Source: Bacteroidales bacterium
GTDB taxonomy: Bacteria; Bacteroidota; Bacteroidia; Bacteroidales; UBA10428
DNA length: 64,000 bases
NCBI GenBank assembly: GCA_016930375.1
Contig: JAFGGU010000096.1
Location: 3,981 to 67,980 of the forward strand
Direction: 5' to 3'
Part shown: positions 46,620-56,273 of the stretch, piece by piece
Layout: each line of letters opens with the position of its first letter
Position numbering within the stretch: position 1 is the first letter of the stretch
Made by a program: the position numbers and the translations under genes
Notes under the pieces: generated by a model
The model's input: the letters and a program-made list of their open reading frames with translations, nothing else
Database searches by the model: none
Told to the model about the DNA's origin: nothing

Positions 46620-47132
46620 CTACATCCTGATCTTTTTAAACTCCTCCTTCATCCTGTTGATATCGGTGATCCAGTCCTCGATGTCATTTTCATGCTCAAG
46701 TTCTTCATTCAGAATGGTAGTCGCCATTTGATGAGTGGTATGGTCTTTCCCGCTAGTGAAGTCGGCCAGTTCTTTGTAGCGCTGAATGGCACAACGTTCA
46801 CCGTTAAGGTTCTGTTCAAGGATCACTTCAATATATGGATCAGCCGGAGCATCGTATTTGCAACGGCCCAGTTTGAACCAGTCTTTCGGATTTAATACCG
46901 GTGTGCCACCCAGCTGAATAATACGGTCAACCACCAGCACGGCATGGTTTAATTCTTGCGTGGCATGTAACAGCAACTCCGGCTCTATTTCACTGCGCAT
47001 GGGGCCCTCCATAAGGCGGGCGCCGATCCAGTACTGATAATAGGCCAGCCATTCTTCCGATAAGGCAGCATTTAACATGTCGATGAGTTTTGGTACATCG
47101 AGCTTCAGAATATCGATCGCTTTTTTCCCCAT
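46620..47132 (-). CDS. Ferritin-like (Dps-like/bacterioferritin-like) four-helix-bundle protein
   Basis: 170 aa with ferritin-like di-iron ligand spacing (LSEEW...E..H; ...ELEHE). Confidence 0.55.
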   Translation of the reverse strand: MGKKAIDILKLDVPKLIDMLNAALSEEWLAYYQYWIGARLMEGPMRSEIEPELLLHATQELNHAVLVVDRIIQLGGTPVLNPKDWFKLGRCKYDAPADPYIEVILEQNLNGERCAIQRYKELADFTSGKDHTTHQMATTILNEELEHENDIEDWITDINRMKEEFKKIRM

Positions 47133-47149
47133 AATACGGTATATGTTTT

Positions 47150-47347
47150 TTAAGGAATGAGTTTAATCGTCTTATCTGCAATCATGGCCTGCAATTCTCT
47201 CAGTAACGCTCTTTCCTGATTGTCAATATGGCCGTCTTCAGTAGCTTCATGAATGATCATATCGTATTCCGCCTTGGAGATCTTGTGGTCATCCATGGCT
47301 TTCTCGATCACCTGCCTCAGATTTTTTGCACCTGCACTTAATTTCAT
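47150..47347 (-). CDS. Small hypothetical protein (65 aa), probably co-transcribed with the ferritin-like gene
   Basis: It lies 17 nt upstream of the ferritin-like gene on the same strand, and its helical, acidic sequence has no overlapping longer ORF. I recognised no motif. Confidence 0.4.
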   Translation of the reverse strand: MKLSAGAKNLRQVIEKAMDDHKISKAEYDMIIHEATEDGHIDNQERALLRELQAMIADKTIKLIP

Positions 47348-47586
47348 AGTTCTCAGTTTTAAAAGCTAATTTAAAAATAATTCTCAGACAATCATAACAG
47401 GGCTTAAGAATGTCCTTTCACAACAATTCTCATGATCTTATAATTTAATCTGAAAAACTTGTAAATCTGATACATGAAATTGGTTCTCCAGAACCTGGTA
47501 CCCCTGGTAGGGATGGGAGGATAATATTCATCTTTATATCCCCTGACTTTCATATTCTGTTCCATACAGAAGTTCTTTTAGATTAA

Positions 47587-49041
47587 TTATTCTGGTATCA
47601 GCCACCAAAATGGGTAACCTTTTGCTTTGTGAATAAACATGTAGTGCAGGAAAAGCTTTATCCAGTGTCCTGCCAAACCCACTTCTCCAACTGTTGCATG
47701 AATATCTCTACCCCAATCCGGATATTTTTCCCAGTCAGGTACGATCGGACTTACCGTCATAGTTGCTCCCAGACCTCTTGTCATTCCGTATCCGACTGAT
47801 ATGATGCAGGCAGCACCCATCCTGCCCATACTTGCTGTATGCCTGGGCACAGATACACCTTTCCTGATAATATCCGTAATATTCTCTGCGACGACTTTAC
47901 CGATTACACCCGATGGCATACCGGTACGTGGCGGGGATGGGAATATGGCCGTACCATTTGAACTTTTCATGGGTTTTGATATAGAATGCGGAGGGGCAAA
48001 TGCAATGCCAGCCGCATATATATTTTTATAGGTTGGAGATTGATAATGTTGCGGCCAGTCCTTCATGTTCCATTCTTCAAAGGGCTTTTGCACATAGTCT
48101 CCATCAACATACATAAATCCGTTCGGAGCAAATACTTTTGCCGTAATGTCTTCACCTGTTTTGTTGTAAGCTTTCAAACCATGACCGGAAAAGGCAGGAA
48201 GAAGCATTGCAAAATCAAATTCAATGGTATTATAAGCACCATCAAGCGTTTCGTAAGAAACAAGTCCGGGTTCAACTTTATTAACGCCAGCCCTCTTGAT
48301 CCATTTGATGTTATATTCTGACAGGATGGATTCTGCAAATATTTTGGTCGAGGTATAGTATCCTCCCCTTTTAATAAAGGCACCTGCCATTCCAAAGTCG
48401 CCTAGCTCGTATTCATTAGTTATCCAAGTGATTTCAGCGAGATGATCCAGTTTTTTATGCCTCAGTAAAAATGCGAGGTTAAGTGCATACTCAAACGCCG
48501 CACCCTGACATGTAGCTGTAGGGTGGCCGGTACCAATCAGGAATCGCTGCCGCTTCCCCTCTTTTAATCGGATAATGCATTTTTCGAGTTCTTCCCAGGT
48601 ATGTGCAGCATGGTCACAGGTGCATACTGACAGTGTGTTTTTTCCGGGTCCCAAGCCTGGTGTAGCTTCAAAATTCAATTTTGGTCCGGTGGCATTTACC
48701 AGAAAATCATAACTTACTTTTTCCCGCGAACCTTTATTTTCTTCGCAAGTGTATTCAATTTCAACGAAACCCTTGCTTGTTCCTACATCTCCCTCAGGGA
48801 AAATGGCTTTAACCAGGGCTTGTTTGAATACTATTCCCCAACGATGGTAGACTCTATTCAGATCGAATCTGACCTGTTCAACTTTCATTTTTCCAATACC
48901 AACCCAAATATTTGAGGGCACCCATTGATAATATTTACTGGGGGATACTACCACTACTTCATGTTTATTACCCAGCTTTTTCTTTAAAAAAGCAGCGGCA
49001 GTGTGCCCGGATACACCGGCGCCGAGTACAACCACTTTCAT
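47587..49041 (-). CDS. FAD-dependent pyridine-nucleotide-disulfide oxidoreductase, sulfide:quinone oxidoreductase-like
   Basis: 484 aa with an N-terminal VVVLGAGVSGHTAA dinucleotide fold. Its length and internal Cys residues are compatible with SQR-type flavoproteins. NDH-2 is not excluded. Confidence 0.55.
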   Translation of the reverse strand: MKVVVLGAGVSGHTAAAFLKKKLGNKHEVVVVSPSKYYQWVPSNIWVGIGKMKVEQVRFDLNRVYHRWGIVFKQALVKAIFPEGDVGTSKGFVEIEYTCEENKGSREKVSYDFLVNATGPKLNFEATPGLGPGKNTLSVCTCDHAAHTWEELEKCIIRLKEGKRQRFLIGTGHPTATCQGAAFEYALNLAFLLRHKKLDHLAEITWITNEYELGDFGMAGAFIKRGGYYTSTKIFAESILSEYNIKWIKRAGVNKVEPGLVSYETLDGAYNTIEFDFAMLLPAFSGHGLKAYNKTGEDITAKVFAPNGFMYVDGDYVQKPFEEWNMKDWPQHYQSPTYKNIYAAGIAFAPPHSISKPMKSSNGTAIFPSPPRTGMPSGVIGKVVAENITDIIRKGVSVPRHTASMGRMGAACIISVGYGMTRGLGATMTVSPIVPDWEKYPDWGRDIHATVGEVGLAGHWIKLFLHYMFIHKAKGYPFWWLIPE

Positions 49042-49299
49042 ATTTCCCCGTTTAAATGCGACTAAATGAAAATTGAGGCTTCACCATAAGATGCATGATT
49101 TGCGATATCATTAAAAATAATGAAAAGATTTATATAATTTCATATTTTCAGATATCTGCTCGTCGATTTTTCTGTTCATGTTTTACATTTAGGGACAGTT
49201 GGTTTATGGTAGATTCGTTGAGATTGTCCGGAAAATATTTTAAATGTGATCGCTTTTAATACACCGCAACAAGCACTTAATCCGCTGAGATACCCACAC

Positions 49300-49869
49300 A
49301 TGACCGGGGTAGTCCTTGCCGGAGGTGAAAGCAAGCGTATGGGACGCGACAAGGCTCTCCTGGAATTTCGGGGCACACCCCTGGTCCTGCATGCTGTGAA
49401 TATACTACAACAATTTTGCAGCCAGGTGGTAATCAGTTCAAACCGGAAGGATTATCTTTTCACCGGATGCGAGATATGGCCCGATGATGTGGATATTCAT
49501 GCCCCTATGGCCGGTATTTATTCTTGCCTGAAACGGTCAACATACCCATGGATCATGGTTTTGTCATGCGACATGCCATTGATTGATCCCCGGGTATTTG
49601 ACCTGCTGATTACACAGGCGGATTTGCTTCGCGATGATGTGTTGGTTCCGGTTCATGACAAGGATTGCATTGAACCGCTTTGCGGCTTGTATAATCAAAG
49701 GGCAATTCATTTGCTGGAGGAAAGTATCCGGACCCATCGGTTCAGTTTGCAGCAATTTATAAGGAATAGTAAGTCCAGACTGGTGGAAGTAGGTCCTGAT
49801 CGGGACTTCTACAGGGCCGATCTGTTTTCAAATATCAACAACATCACAGACTTTAATCTCCTGAAATAA
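49300..49869 (+). CDS. mobA: Molybdenum cofactor guanylyltransferase
   Basis: It contains the VVLAGGESKRMGRDKALL motif. The start is taken at ATG 49300; the ORF track's 49246 is a GTG. Confidence 0.8.
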   Translation: MTGVVLAGGESKRMGRDKALLEFRGTPLVLHAVNILQQFCSQVVISSNRKDYLFTGCEIWPDDVDIHAPMAGIYSCLKRSTYPWIMVLSCDMPLIDPRVFDLLITQADLLRDDVLVPVHDKDCIEPLCGLYNQRAIHLLEESIRTHRFSLQQFIRNSKSRLVEVGPDRDFYRADLFSNINNITDFNLLK

Positions 49870-49968
49870 TATCCCACACCGACGGGGTGGAATATGTTTT
49901 TAAACCAAAAAATTGCATACCACTTGCAGGCTTGCTATCTTTAGGCCTGGAAATAAGATGTTTTGCAT

Positions 49969-51975
49969 ATGGCCCTGGATGTACTGAAAAATATTGTAAT
50001 CATTCTTGCCCTTTCCACCTTCGTAAACTATGTGTTTACCAGGATAAAGGTTCCGACCATTCTGGGTTATTTAATCACGGGAATTATAGTTGGTCCTTCG
50101 TTGCTGGGCATAATCCACTCTCCTGAAGAAATTGAACTGATGGCGGAGATCGGGGTAGTCATGCTGTTATTTACCATTGGCATTGAATTCTCCCTGAATC
50201 ATTTGCTGAAGATCAGAAAAATTGTATTCCTGGGAGGGTTCATGCAATTGCTGTTTACGGTGTTGGTAATCATGCTCATCTCCCGCGGGTATGATATCGA
50301 CTGGAAGGGCGCCCTGTTCATTGGTTTCCTTTCTGCACTGAGCAGTACAGCTGTAGTTTTAAAGATTCTGCAGGAACGCTCGGAGCTCACCTCCAATTAT
50401 GGTCGTACCGTGCTCGGGATCCTCATTTTTCAGGATCTATTGCTGGTTCCTCTTTTGTTGTTTACGCCTATCCTGGGCGGACAAACAACATTTGGCTGGG
50501 ACCAGTTAATATTACTCCTTTTAAAAGCCGGTTTTATCATCGGGTTGATATTTGTGGGAAACAAGTGGCTGATGCCCAGATTTCTAAGAGCTGTAGCCAT
50601 GACCAAGAATCAGGAATTGTTTCTAATGAGTACCTTTCTGATTTGTCTTTCCGTGGCACTTCTGACTTCGGCTCTTGGCATGTCACTGGCTGTTGGCGCA
50701 TTCCTGGCAGGATTGATGATTTCGGAATCGGGATACAGCCACAATGCATTTGGTAATATAGTACCGTTTAAAGATACCTTCACCAGTTTCTTTTTTGTTT
50801 CGATCGGGATTTTGCTTGACCTGAATTTTGTTGTTGATCACCTCTGGCTGGTTCTTTTGTCCGCCCTCATACTTATTTTTTTCAAGGCCATACTGGCAGG
50901 GATTACTGCTTTTTTTCTGGGACATACGTTCAGGGGAGTGGTTATGGTAGGGATCGCCCTGAGCCAGGTCGGGGAATTCTCATTTATTCTGTCAAAACTA
51001 GGACTTGAATACAAAATCATCACCAACTTCTACTACCAGTTATTTATCGCTGTAGCAGTGATCTCCATGTCACTTACACCCCTGTTGATGCAGATATCGC
51101 GTCCGATTGCCAACCTGTTGTTAAAACTTCCCCTGCCTGGAAAGCTGGTTGATGGGATATTTCCACTTCCGCAGATTGATATACCTGAGTTGAGAGACCA
51201 CCTGGTTTTCATAGGCAAGGATTCCAGGGCGCTTAATTTATCTGTAATGGCCAAAAATATGGACCTTCCCTATGTGTCTATTGCTTTCGATCCTGATTCT
51301 GTAAGAAAGCGCCAGTTGAAGGGGGAAATGGTCATTTACGGGGATGCTTTCAATGAGCCAATTCTTCGGAAAGCACATACAGATAAGGCAGATATCGTGG
51401 TAATTTCGATAGGCAACGTCATTACTACCATGGCCATTATTGAAAAGATTAGAAACATGAATCCGCATGCCTATATCATCGCCAGGGCGAAAAGGGTTGA
51501 GGACCTGATTGAATTGCACAATATCGGTGCTAACCAGGTGATTCCGGAAGAGTTTGAAACATCCATCGAAATGTTTGACCGGGTTTTATCGAAGATGCTG
51601 ATACCCCGCAAAGAAATCAATGCCGTGATCGCCAGGATCAGGGATGATAATTATGGGATCTTCATGGAAAAGGAAACCAAGACAGATCTTTCGGTATTAA
51701 AAAACCATGCCAATTTTGAGATCACTGCCGTGAAGGTGGATGATCATTCCCCTGTGATCGGTAAAAGCCTTGTGGAAATGCAGTTTCGGAAGACATATGG
51801 AGTCACGCTGGTGGCTCTTTTCCGGAAAAAAGTACTGTATGATAATCCTGACCCGGAAACCCTTTTCGAAAAAGGGGACATGGTTTACATCATGGGCCGT
51901 TCCGAGCAGATTGCAAACACCACGGAACTGTTCTCCAAAAGTGAAGCGCCCAGAGATACATTTGTTGATAATTAA
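49969..51975 (+). CDS. CPA2-family cation:proton antiporter with C-terminal RCK (TrkA-N/TrkA-C) domains (Kef-type)
   Basis: It has a ~400-aa polytopic Na/H-exchanger-like region followed by soluble RCK-like domains (HLVFIGKDSRA..., ...TAVKVDDHSPVIGKSL). The start is taken at ATG 49969. Confidence 0.85.
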   Translation: MALDVLKNIVIILALSTFVNYVFTRIKVPTILGYLITGIIVGPSLLGIIHSPEEIELMAEIGVVMLLFTIGIEFSLNHLLKIRKIVFLGGFMQLLFTVLVIMLISRGYDIDWKGALFIGFLSALSSTAVVLKILQERSELTSNYGRTVLGILIFQDLLLVPLLLFTPILGGQTTFGWDQLILLLLKAGFIIGLIFVGNKWLMPRFLRAVAMTKNQELFLMSTFLICLSVALLTSALGMSLAVGAFLAGLMISESGYSHNAFGNIVPFKDTFTSFFFVSIGILLDLNFVVDHLWLVLLSALILIFFKAILAGITAFFLGHTFRGVVMVGIALSQVGEFSFILSKLGLEYKIITNFYYQLFIAVAVISMSLTPLLMQISRPIANLLLKLPLPGKLVDGIFPLPQIDIPELRDHLVFIGKDSRALNLSVMAKNMDLPYVSIAFDPDSVRKRQLKGEMVIYGDAFNEPILRKAHTDKADIVVISIGNVITTMAIIEKIRNMNPHAYIIARAKRVEDLIELHNIGANQVIPEEFETSIEMFDRVLSKMLIPRKEINAVIARIRDDNYGIFMEKETKTDLSVLKNHANFEITAVKVDDHSPVIGKSLVEMQFRKTYGVTLVALFRKKVLYDNPDPETLFEKGDMVYIMGRSEQIANTTELFSKSEAPRDTFVDN

Positions 51976-51979
51976 AACA

Positions 51980-52396
51980 ATGCCAATGAAAGTTACTGTT
52001 TGCAGAAAATCACATTTCAATGCGGCACACCGTATTTACAATCCGGCTTGGGATGACCGGAAGAATGAGGAGGTTTTCGGATTATGCAGTTTGCCCAACT
52101 ATCACGGGCACAATTACGATCTCGTTGTAAAATTAACCGGTGATGTAAATCCGGATACCGGGTACGTTTTTGATATGAAACTGCTCAAGGATATTGTCGA
52201 GGAGAACATCGTAGATCGTTATGATCATAAAAACCTGAACCTCGATGTGGATGACTTCATCAGCACGATTCCTTCGGCGGAGAATATCGCCATTGCCATC
52301 TGGAATATACTCAGGAAGAAAATTGATCCTGAATATGCCATCCAGGTAATCCTGTATGAAACCGAACGCAATTTCGTTGAATATTCAGGTTCCTGA
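51980..52396 (+). CDS. queD: 6-carboxy-5,6,7,8-tetrahydropterin synthase
   Basis: It contains SHFNAAHR...GHNY... motifs. The true start, ATG 51980 (MPMKVTV...), lies just after the antiporter stop. The ORF track's 51770 start overlaps the antiporter gene. Confidence 0.85.
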   Translation: MPMKVTVCRKSHFNAAHRIYNPAWDDRKNEEVFGLCSLPNYHGHNYDLVVKLTGDVNPDTGYVFDMKLLKDIVEENIVDRYDHKNLNLDVDDFISTIPSAENIAIAIWNILRKKIDPEYAIQVILYETERNFVEYSGS

Positions 52397-52401
52397 TCGT
52401 G

Positions 52402-52686
52402 ATGAAAATACTGAAGGTTATCCAGGCCGGAATCATCTGGCTGATGATACTTCCGATAAAGTTCTATAAATATTCCATTTCTCCTTTACTCCCGAACAGT
52501 TGCAGACATGTGCCGACCTGTTCGGAATACGCCATGGAAGCGTTGAAAGTGCATGGTATATTCCGGGGAAGTCTCCTGGCGATCTGGAGAATTCTCAGGT
52601 GTAATCCATGGGGTACGCACGGGTATGATCCTGTTCCGCCGGCAAAGAAGCCAAAGACGACTAACGAAAAGCGAATAATTTATTAG
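52402..52686 (+). CDS. yidD: Membrane protein insertion efficiency factor YidD
   Basis: It contains the CRHVPTCSEYAMEAL...RILRCNPW signature. Confidence 0.85.
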   Translation: MKILKVIQAGIIWLMILPIKFYKYSISPLLPNSCRHVPTCSEYAMEALKVHGIFRGSLLAIWRILRCNPWGTHGYDPVPPAKKPKTTNEKRIIY

Positions 52687-52886
52687 TCCTTTTTTTGTCG
52701 GCACCCTTGCTGTGCCAGTAAGCAAAGTATGGCCAGAAGCAGAAGATTACTGGAAACCAGAAAATAGTTGATTTCATGTCTGATCCCAAAAGGATTACTC
52801 CCCATAAAGAGTGCAATGGTTCCGAAGATGATCAGGGCAACGGCGATTATACCACTGATCCAGGCGACAATTGTAAATAATTTCAT
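52683..52886 (-). CDS. Small two-TM hypothetical membrane protein
   Basis: 67 aa with two hydrophobic helices. It overlaps the yidD stop convergently by 4 nt. Confidence 0.35.
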   Translation of the reverse strand: MKLFTIVAWISGIIAVALIIFGTIALFMGSNPFGIRHEINYFLVSSNLLLLAILCLLAQQGCRQKKD

Positions 52887-52897
52887 GGCGGTGTTTT

Positions 52898-53392
52898 TTA
52901 TGTTGAAAAAGATGAATCAATCGTAGCAGCTACCTGTTTGAGCTCCCGGACAATGAGCACCATCGCTTCGGAATTCAGCCGGGGCCTGTTGAAACTGTCC
53001 ATGATATCGGCATCGTTCTGCTGTATCAGAGGATACCAGGCGCCGGGACTTTTCAGGTCGTCCTTCAGCCTGGGAACGATGTGCAGATGCAGATGCTCAA
53101 TGGTCTGTCCTGCCTCAGGTTTTTCCTGGATTGACCAGTCGAATGAATCGGTATGAAAAGCTTTCATGAGAATACGGACGGTTATCCTGGCTGTTTCGAA
53201 AAATTCATACAATTCCTGGTCGTTCAGTTCCAGGATTCCTGAATAATGTTTCACGGGAATAATGAGTGAATGCCCCGGAAGCACGGGGGCAATATTATAA
53301 ATGGACAGGAATTCAGCCTTTTTATAAAAGACGGATGCTTTAACAGATGCATCACAAAAAGGGCACGATGAAATATTTTTAAGGTCTGTCAT
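52898..53392 (-). CDS. HIT-family nucleotide hydrolase/transferase
   Basis: It has the histidine triad HLHLHIVPR and an N-terminal CPFC. Confidence 0.8.
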   Translation of the reverse strand: MTDLKNISSCPFCDASVKASVFYKKAEFLSIYNIAPVLPGHSLIIPVKHYSGILELNDQELYEFFETARITVRILMKAFHTDSFDWSIQEKPEAGQTIEHLHLHIVPRLKDDLKSPGAWYPLIQQNDADIMDSFNRPRLNSEAMVLIVRELKQVAATIDSSFST

Positions 53393-53527
53393 TTCGGTGA
53401 AAGCTTATCCATTATGCCAAGTTACGTCAAAATGGTCAAACTTGCATGCAATTCCTTTAATAACCTGGCTAATGCATCCGGCTGGCCGGCGAATAAGTGC
53501 CGGCCACTGCCACATGCAGGATTAACC

Positions 53528-53878
53528 TTATTCTTCCTGAGAGCCTTTTCCGCGCATCATAACCATCTCATTCATCACAATTTCAGTAAAGAAGCACTTT
53601 TTGCCATCCTTGTCATCATAGGACCGGTGTGTGAGTTTTCCTTCCACAGCCACCTCACTGCCCTTGACCAGGTATTTTTCTACCAGCTTGGCAAGATTAC
53701 CCCAGGCCACAAGGTTATGCCACTGGGTTTCGGTGATTTTTTTGCCGCTGGTATCACGGTATGAATCGGTGGTAGCCAGTGAAAAGCGGGCCATGGCCTT
53801 GCCGTTGTCGAATGTCCTTACTTCCGGGTTCTGGCCCAGGTTACCGATTAACTGAACCTTGTTGCGTAATGTGTTCAT
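53528..53878 (-). CDS. ssb: Single-stranded DNA-binding protein (short form)
   Basis: It has the OB-fold N-terminus MNTLRNKVQLIGNLGQNPEVRTF..G...A.FSLAT and WHNLVAWG. At 116 aa, it ends ...GKGSQEE without a typical acidic DDxPF tail. Confidence 0.8.
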   Translation of the reverse strand: MNTLRNKVQLIGNLGQNPEVRTFDNGKAMARFSLATTDSYRDTSGKKITETQWHNLVAWGNLAKLVEKYLVKGSEVAVEGKLTHRSYDDKDGKKCFFTEIVMNEMVMMRGKGSQEE

Positions 53879-54059
53879 AACAGTTGAATTTAAAGGTTAA
53901 AAAAACTTGTTATTTTAGTTGTCTAAATTGACGATTCAAAGTAACTTACACCCGCACAGATTATTCGGTTAATAATTGTTTATTGTCATTTGTAAACGGA
54001 TGTAAGTGTTTGTAAACGGGTACAAACGCATATATAATAGAATTACAATAAATTAAGTT

Positions 54060-54425
54060 ATGGAAAAAAGATGCCTGGAATGCGGCGAAGTTTTACATGG
54101 CCGCACCGATAAGAAGTTTTGTTCAGATGCCTGCCGAAACACTTACAACAACAAGCTAAAAAGTGTGGCAGGCAGCCAGTATGTCAGAAAGGTGAACGGT
54201 ATCCTGAAGAAAAACAGGAATATCATGGCAAGCCTGAATCCTGAAGGCAAGATTCGTTTGCATAAGGCACGGCTTGTTAAAAAGGGATTTGATTTCGGAT
54301 TTGTCACCAACCTGTACAGGACGAAAGCAGGTACGATTTATTATTTCTGTTATGACCAGGGTTATTTGCCACTGGATAATGACTTCTATATGCTGGTAAG
54401 CAGGAAGGTTGATGAAGCAGGGTGA
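54060..54425 (+). CDS. Hypothetical protein with N-terminal zinc-ribbon-like motif
   Basis: 121 aa with CLECGE...(11)...CSDACRNTYNN. Confidence 0.45.
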   Translation: MEKRCLECGEVLHGRTDKKFCSDACRNTYNNKLKSVAGSQYVRKVNGILKKNRNIMASLNPEGKIRLHKARLVKKGFDFGFVTNLYRTKAGTIYYFCYDQGYLPLDNDFYMLVSRKVDEAG

Positions 54426-54429
54426 GCGC

Positions 54430-54705
54430 TTAAAGAGATCCGTTGGAATCAGCCAATTGATCAATATTCACAAGGGAATTGGGTAAAATATTCCGGGGAA
54501 TTCGTTTGCCAAGTTTCATATATGCATTATACCTTTTGCACATTTTATATTTTTTGTTCACCTGCAAACAGTAAAGGCTTCTGTATGTGAGACCAACCAT
54601 TTCGTTATGGCAGAGATTGTTGAGGTAAACCGAGCAATCCTCTAATATCGGGCAATGCATTGTGTTTTTCATGAGCGTTTTTATCCATGTAAAATTCCTA
54701 TACAA
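54430..54705 (-). CDS. Hypothetical Cys-rich small protein
   Basis: 91-aa ORF (possibly starting at an internal Met) with seven Cys. I recognised no motif. Confidence 0.3.
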   Translation of the reverse strand: MYRNFTWIKTLMKNTMHCPILEDCSVYLNNLCHNEMVGLTYRSLYCLQVNKKYKMCKRYNAYMKLGKRIPRNILPNSLVNIDQLADSNGSL

Positions 54706-54812
54706 TGATAATAAATTTTATCATCCGGCGAATTTATTTCTGATGAATCGGGGGAATTCAATGACAATGGCGGCCTGATTGTTGAGGAATGGCGATTCGA
54801 TTAACAATTGTC

Positions 54813-54834
54813 GAGACGCACAATTGTGCGTCTC
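54813..54834 (-). terminator. Perfect 22-nt palindrome GAGACGCACAATTGTGCGTCTC just downstream of mscL
   Basis: The sequence is self-complementary and lies 15 nt after the mscL stop codon (54849-54851). Confidence 0.6.
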
Positions 54835-54848
54835 TACGAATTGGCATG

Positions 54849-55262
54849 TTATTTTTTCAACAGGTCCCGGATTTCAGTTAACAGTTTCTCTTCCTTGGAA
54901 GGTTCGGGGGGCGCTGCAGGGGCTTCTTCCTCCTTTTTCTTCATCCGGTTAATGGCTTTTATCAGTAAAAAGATGGCGAAAGCGATAATCAGAAAATCAA
55001 GTGCCGTCTGGGCAAAATTTCCCCAGTTTAGTGTTACAGCATCAATGACATTTCCGGCATCATCCACACCGGCCCCTTTCAACGTGACCTTAAGATCGGT
55101 AAAATCAACACCACCGATAAGCAGGCCGATCGGAGGCATAATGACATCATTGACCAGGGAGGAGATGATTTTACCAAAAGCGGCACCAATGATGATACCT
55201 ACTGCCATGTCGACTACATTGCCTTTCATGGCGAATTGTTTGAATTCCTGTACAATTTTCAT
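54849..55262 (-). CDS. mscL: Large-conductance mechanosensitive channel
   Basis: 137 aa with [41 protein letters not shown]. Confidence 0.95.
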   Translation of the reverse strand: MKIVQEFKQFAMKGNVVDMAVGIIIGAAFGKIISSLVNDVIMPPIGLLIGGVDFTDLKVTLKGAGVDDAGNVIDAVTLNWGNFAQTALDFLIIAFAIFLLIKAINRMKKKEEEAPAAPPEPSKEEKLLTEIRDLLKK

Positions 55263-55280
55263 GGTTATGGTATTTAGGGA

Positions 55281-56204
55281 TTAGAACTTCATGGAGAAAC
55301 CAATGGCCAGAACTTCCTTGAACTGAATCCTGGGTCCGAATTCATCGGCAGTGCCGTCATCATTGCTGTCAATAGCAATATCAACATCATCATCATACAA
55401 AAGATGGGTAGACAGTGTGGCAGATATGAACTTATTCACTTTCAGTGACAGCAGGGATTCCCAGCTCACATCAATGCACTCGGGATTGTCAAGGTAATTG
55501 GAGAAGAGATCCAACTTGGTCTGGAAGGTTATATTCTCCATCAGATCCTTTTTAAGAAAGGCACGCAGATAACCGCCGAATTCACTTCTCAGGTGATCCC
55601 CCGGATCGACACCGAAGGCTCCGGCATCAGCCAGGTCATCGTCGTTAACAAAAGTCATTTTCAGGGTAACCGGGGCAAAAAAGAGGGTAAAGTTCTCGCC
55701 GGGCCGGTAGTCGATTCCGATCGCTCCCAACAGGTAAGCCGGGGCAAAGAGACCGGAAATCTTTACCTCATCATCCGGGTAATTGTAACCGTTGGTCATT
55801 TGGGTTTTGAAATTCACCAGGCCTGCATAGTACAATTTTTCAGCAGCTTTTAATCCATACTTGGAGGTAAAGTCAATTTTATCATCGGTTTTCCACCAGC
55901 CGGCATCTTTTCCCTGTTTCATGGATCCGTAAGCGATATCCAGATAATTTTCCCAGAGGCTTTTTTCCTGTTTGTTATTCGCGAACAAACTCAGCAATCC
56001 GCCGATCGCCACAGAACTCTGGCCACCGGAAGCCCAATTGGTCAATGAGGTTTGCGATGTGTTTATGTTGATGACACCCCCTTTTTTCCAGCCCATCAGG
56101 GTGTCCTCCTTTTGTGTTAAAAGCTGTTTTTCAGCTTCAGTAGTCTGGCTAACACCATTCAAAACCGCCAGGATCATGGCAGCAGTAAAAATCACTCTTT
56201 TCAT
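55281..56204 (-). CDS. DUF3078-like outer-membrane beta-barrel protein
   Basis: It has a signal peptide, WKKGGVININTSQTSLTNWASGG (recalled as DUF3078-type) and a terminal ...GFSMKF. Confidence 0.6.
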   Translation of the reverse strand: MKRVIFTAAMILAVLNGVSQTTEAEKQLLTQKEDTLMGWKKGGVININTSQTSLTNWASGGQSSVAIGGLLSLFANNKQEKSLWENYLDIAYGSMKQGKDAGWWKTDDKIDFTSKYGLKAAEKLYYAGLVNFKTQMTNGYNYPDDEVKISGLFAPAYLLGAIGIDYRPGENFTLFFAPVTLKMTFVNDDDLADAGAFGVDPGDHLRSEFGGYLRAFLKKDLMENITFQTKLDLFSNYLDNPECIDVSWESLLSLKVNKFISATLSTHLLYDDDVDIAIDSNDDGTADEFGPRIQFKEVLAIGFSMKF

Positions 56205-56273
56205 AACAAGACATATTGGTTGGTAGTTAGTAAATTTAACTTAAAACCATTGGATTTCCAAAGAGGAACTCTT

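Noticed and set aside
47348-47586. Long (~240 nt) intergenic region upstream of the small ORF and downstream of the SQR-like gene, examined for an RNA gene or riboswitch.
   Set aside because: I could identify no convincing conserved stem-loops, repeats or known riboswitch cores by eye. It is left unannotated.
49176-49376. 66-aa minus-strand ORF in the SQR-mobA intergenic region.
   Set aside because: It overlaps the mobA 5' end in antisense. It has no motif and an Arg/Ser/Pro-rich shadow-type composition.
54808-55284. 158-aa plus-strand ORF.
   Set aside because: It is antisense to mscL, whose product is unmistakable. Its Ser/Ala-rich, low-complexity translation is typical of a shadow frame.
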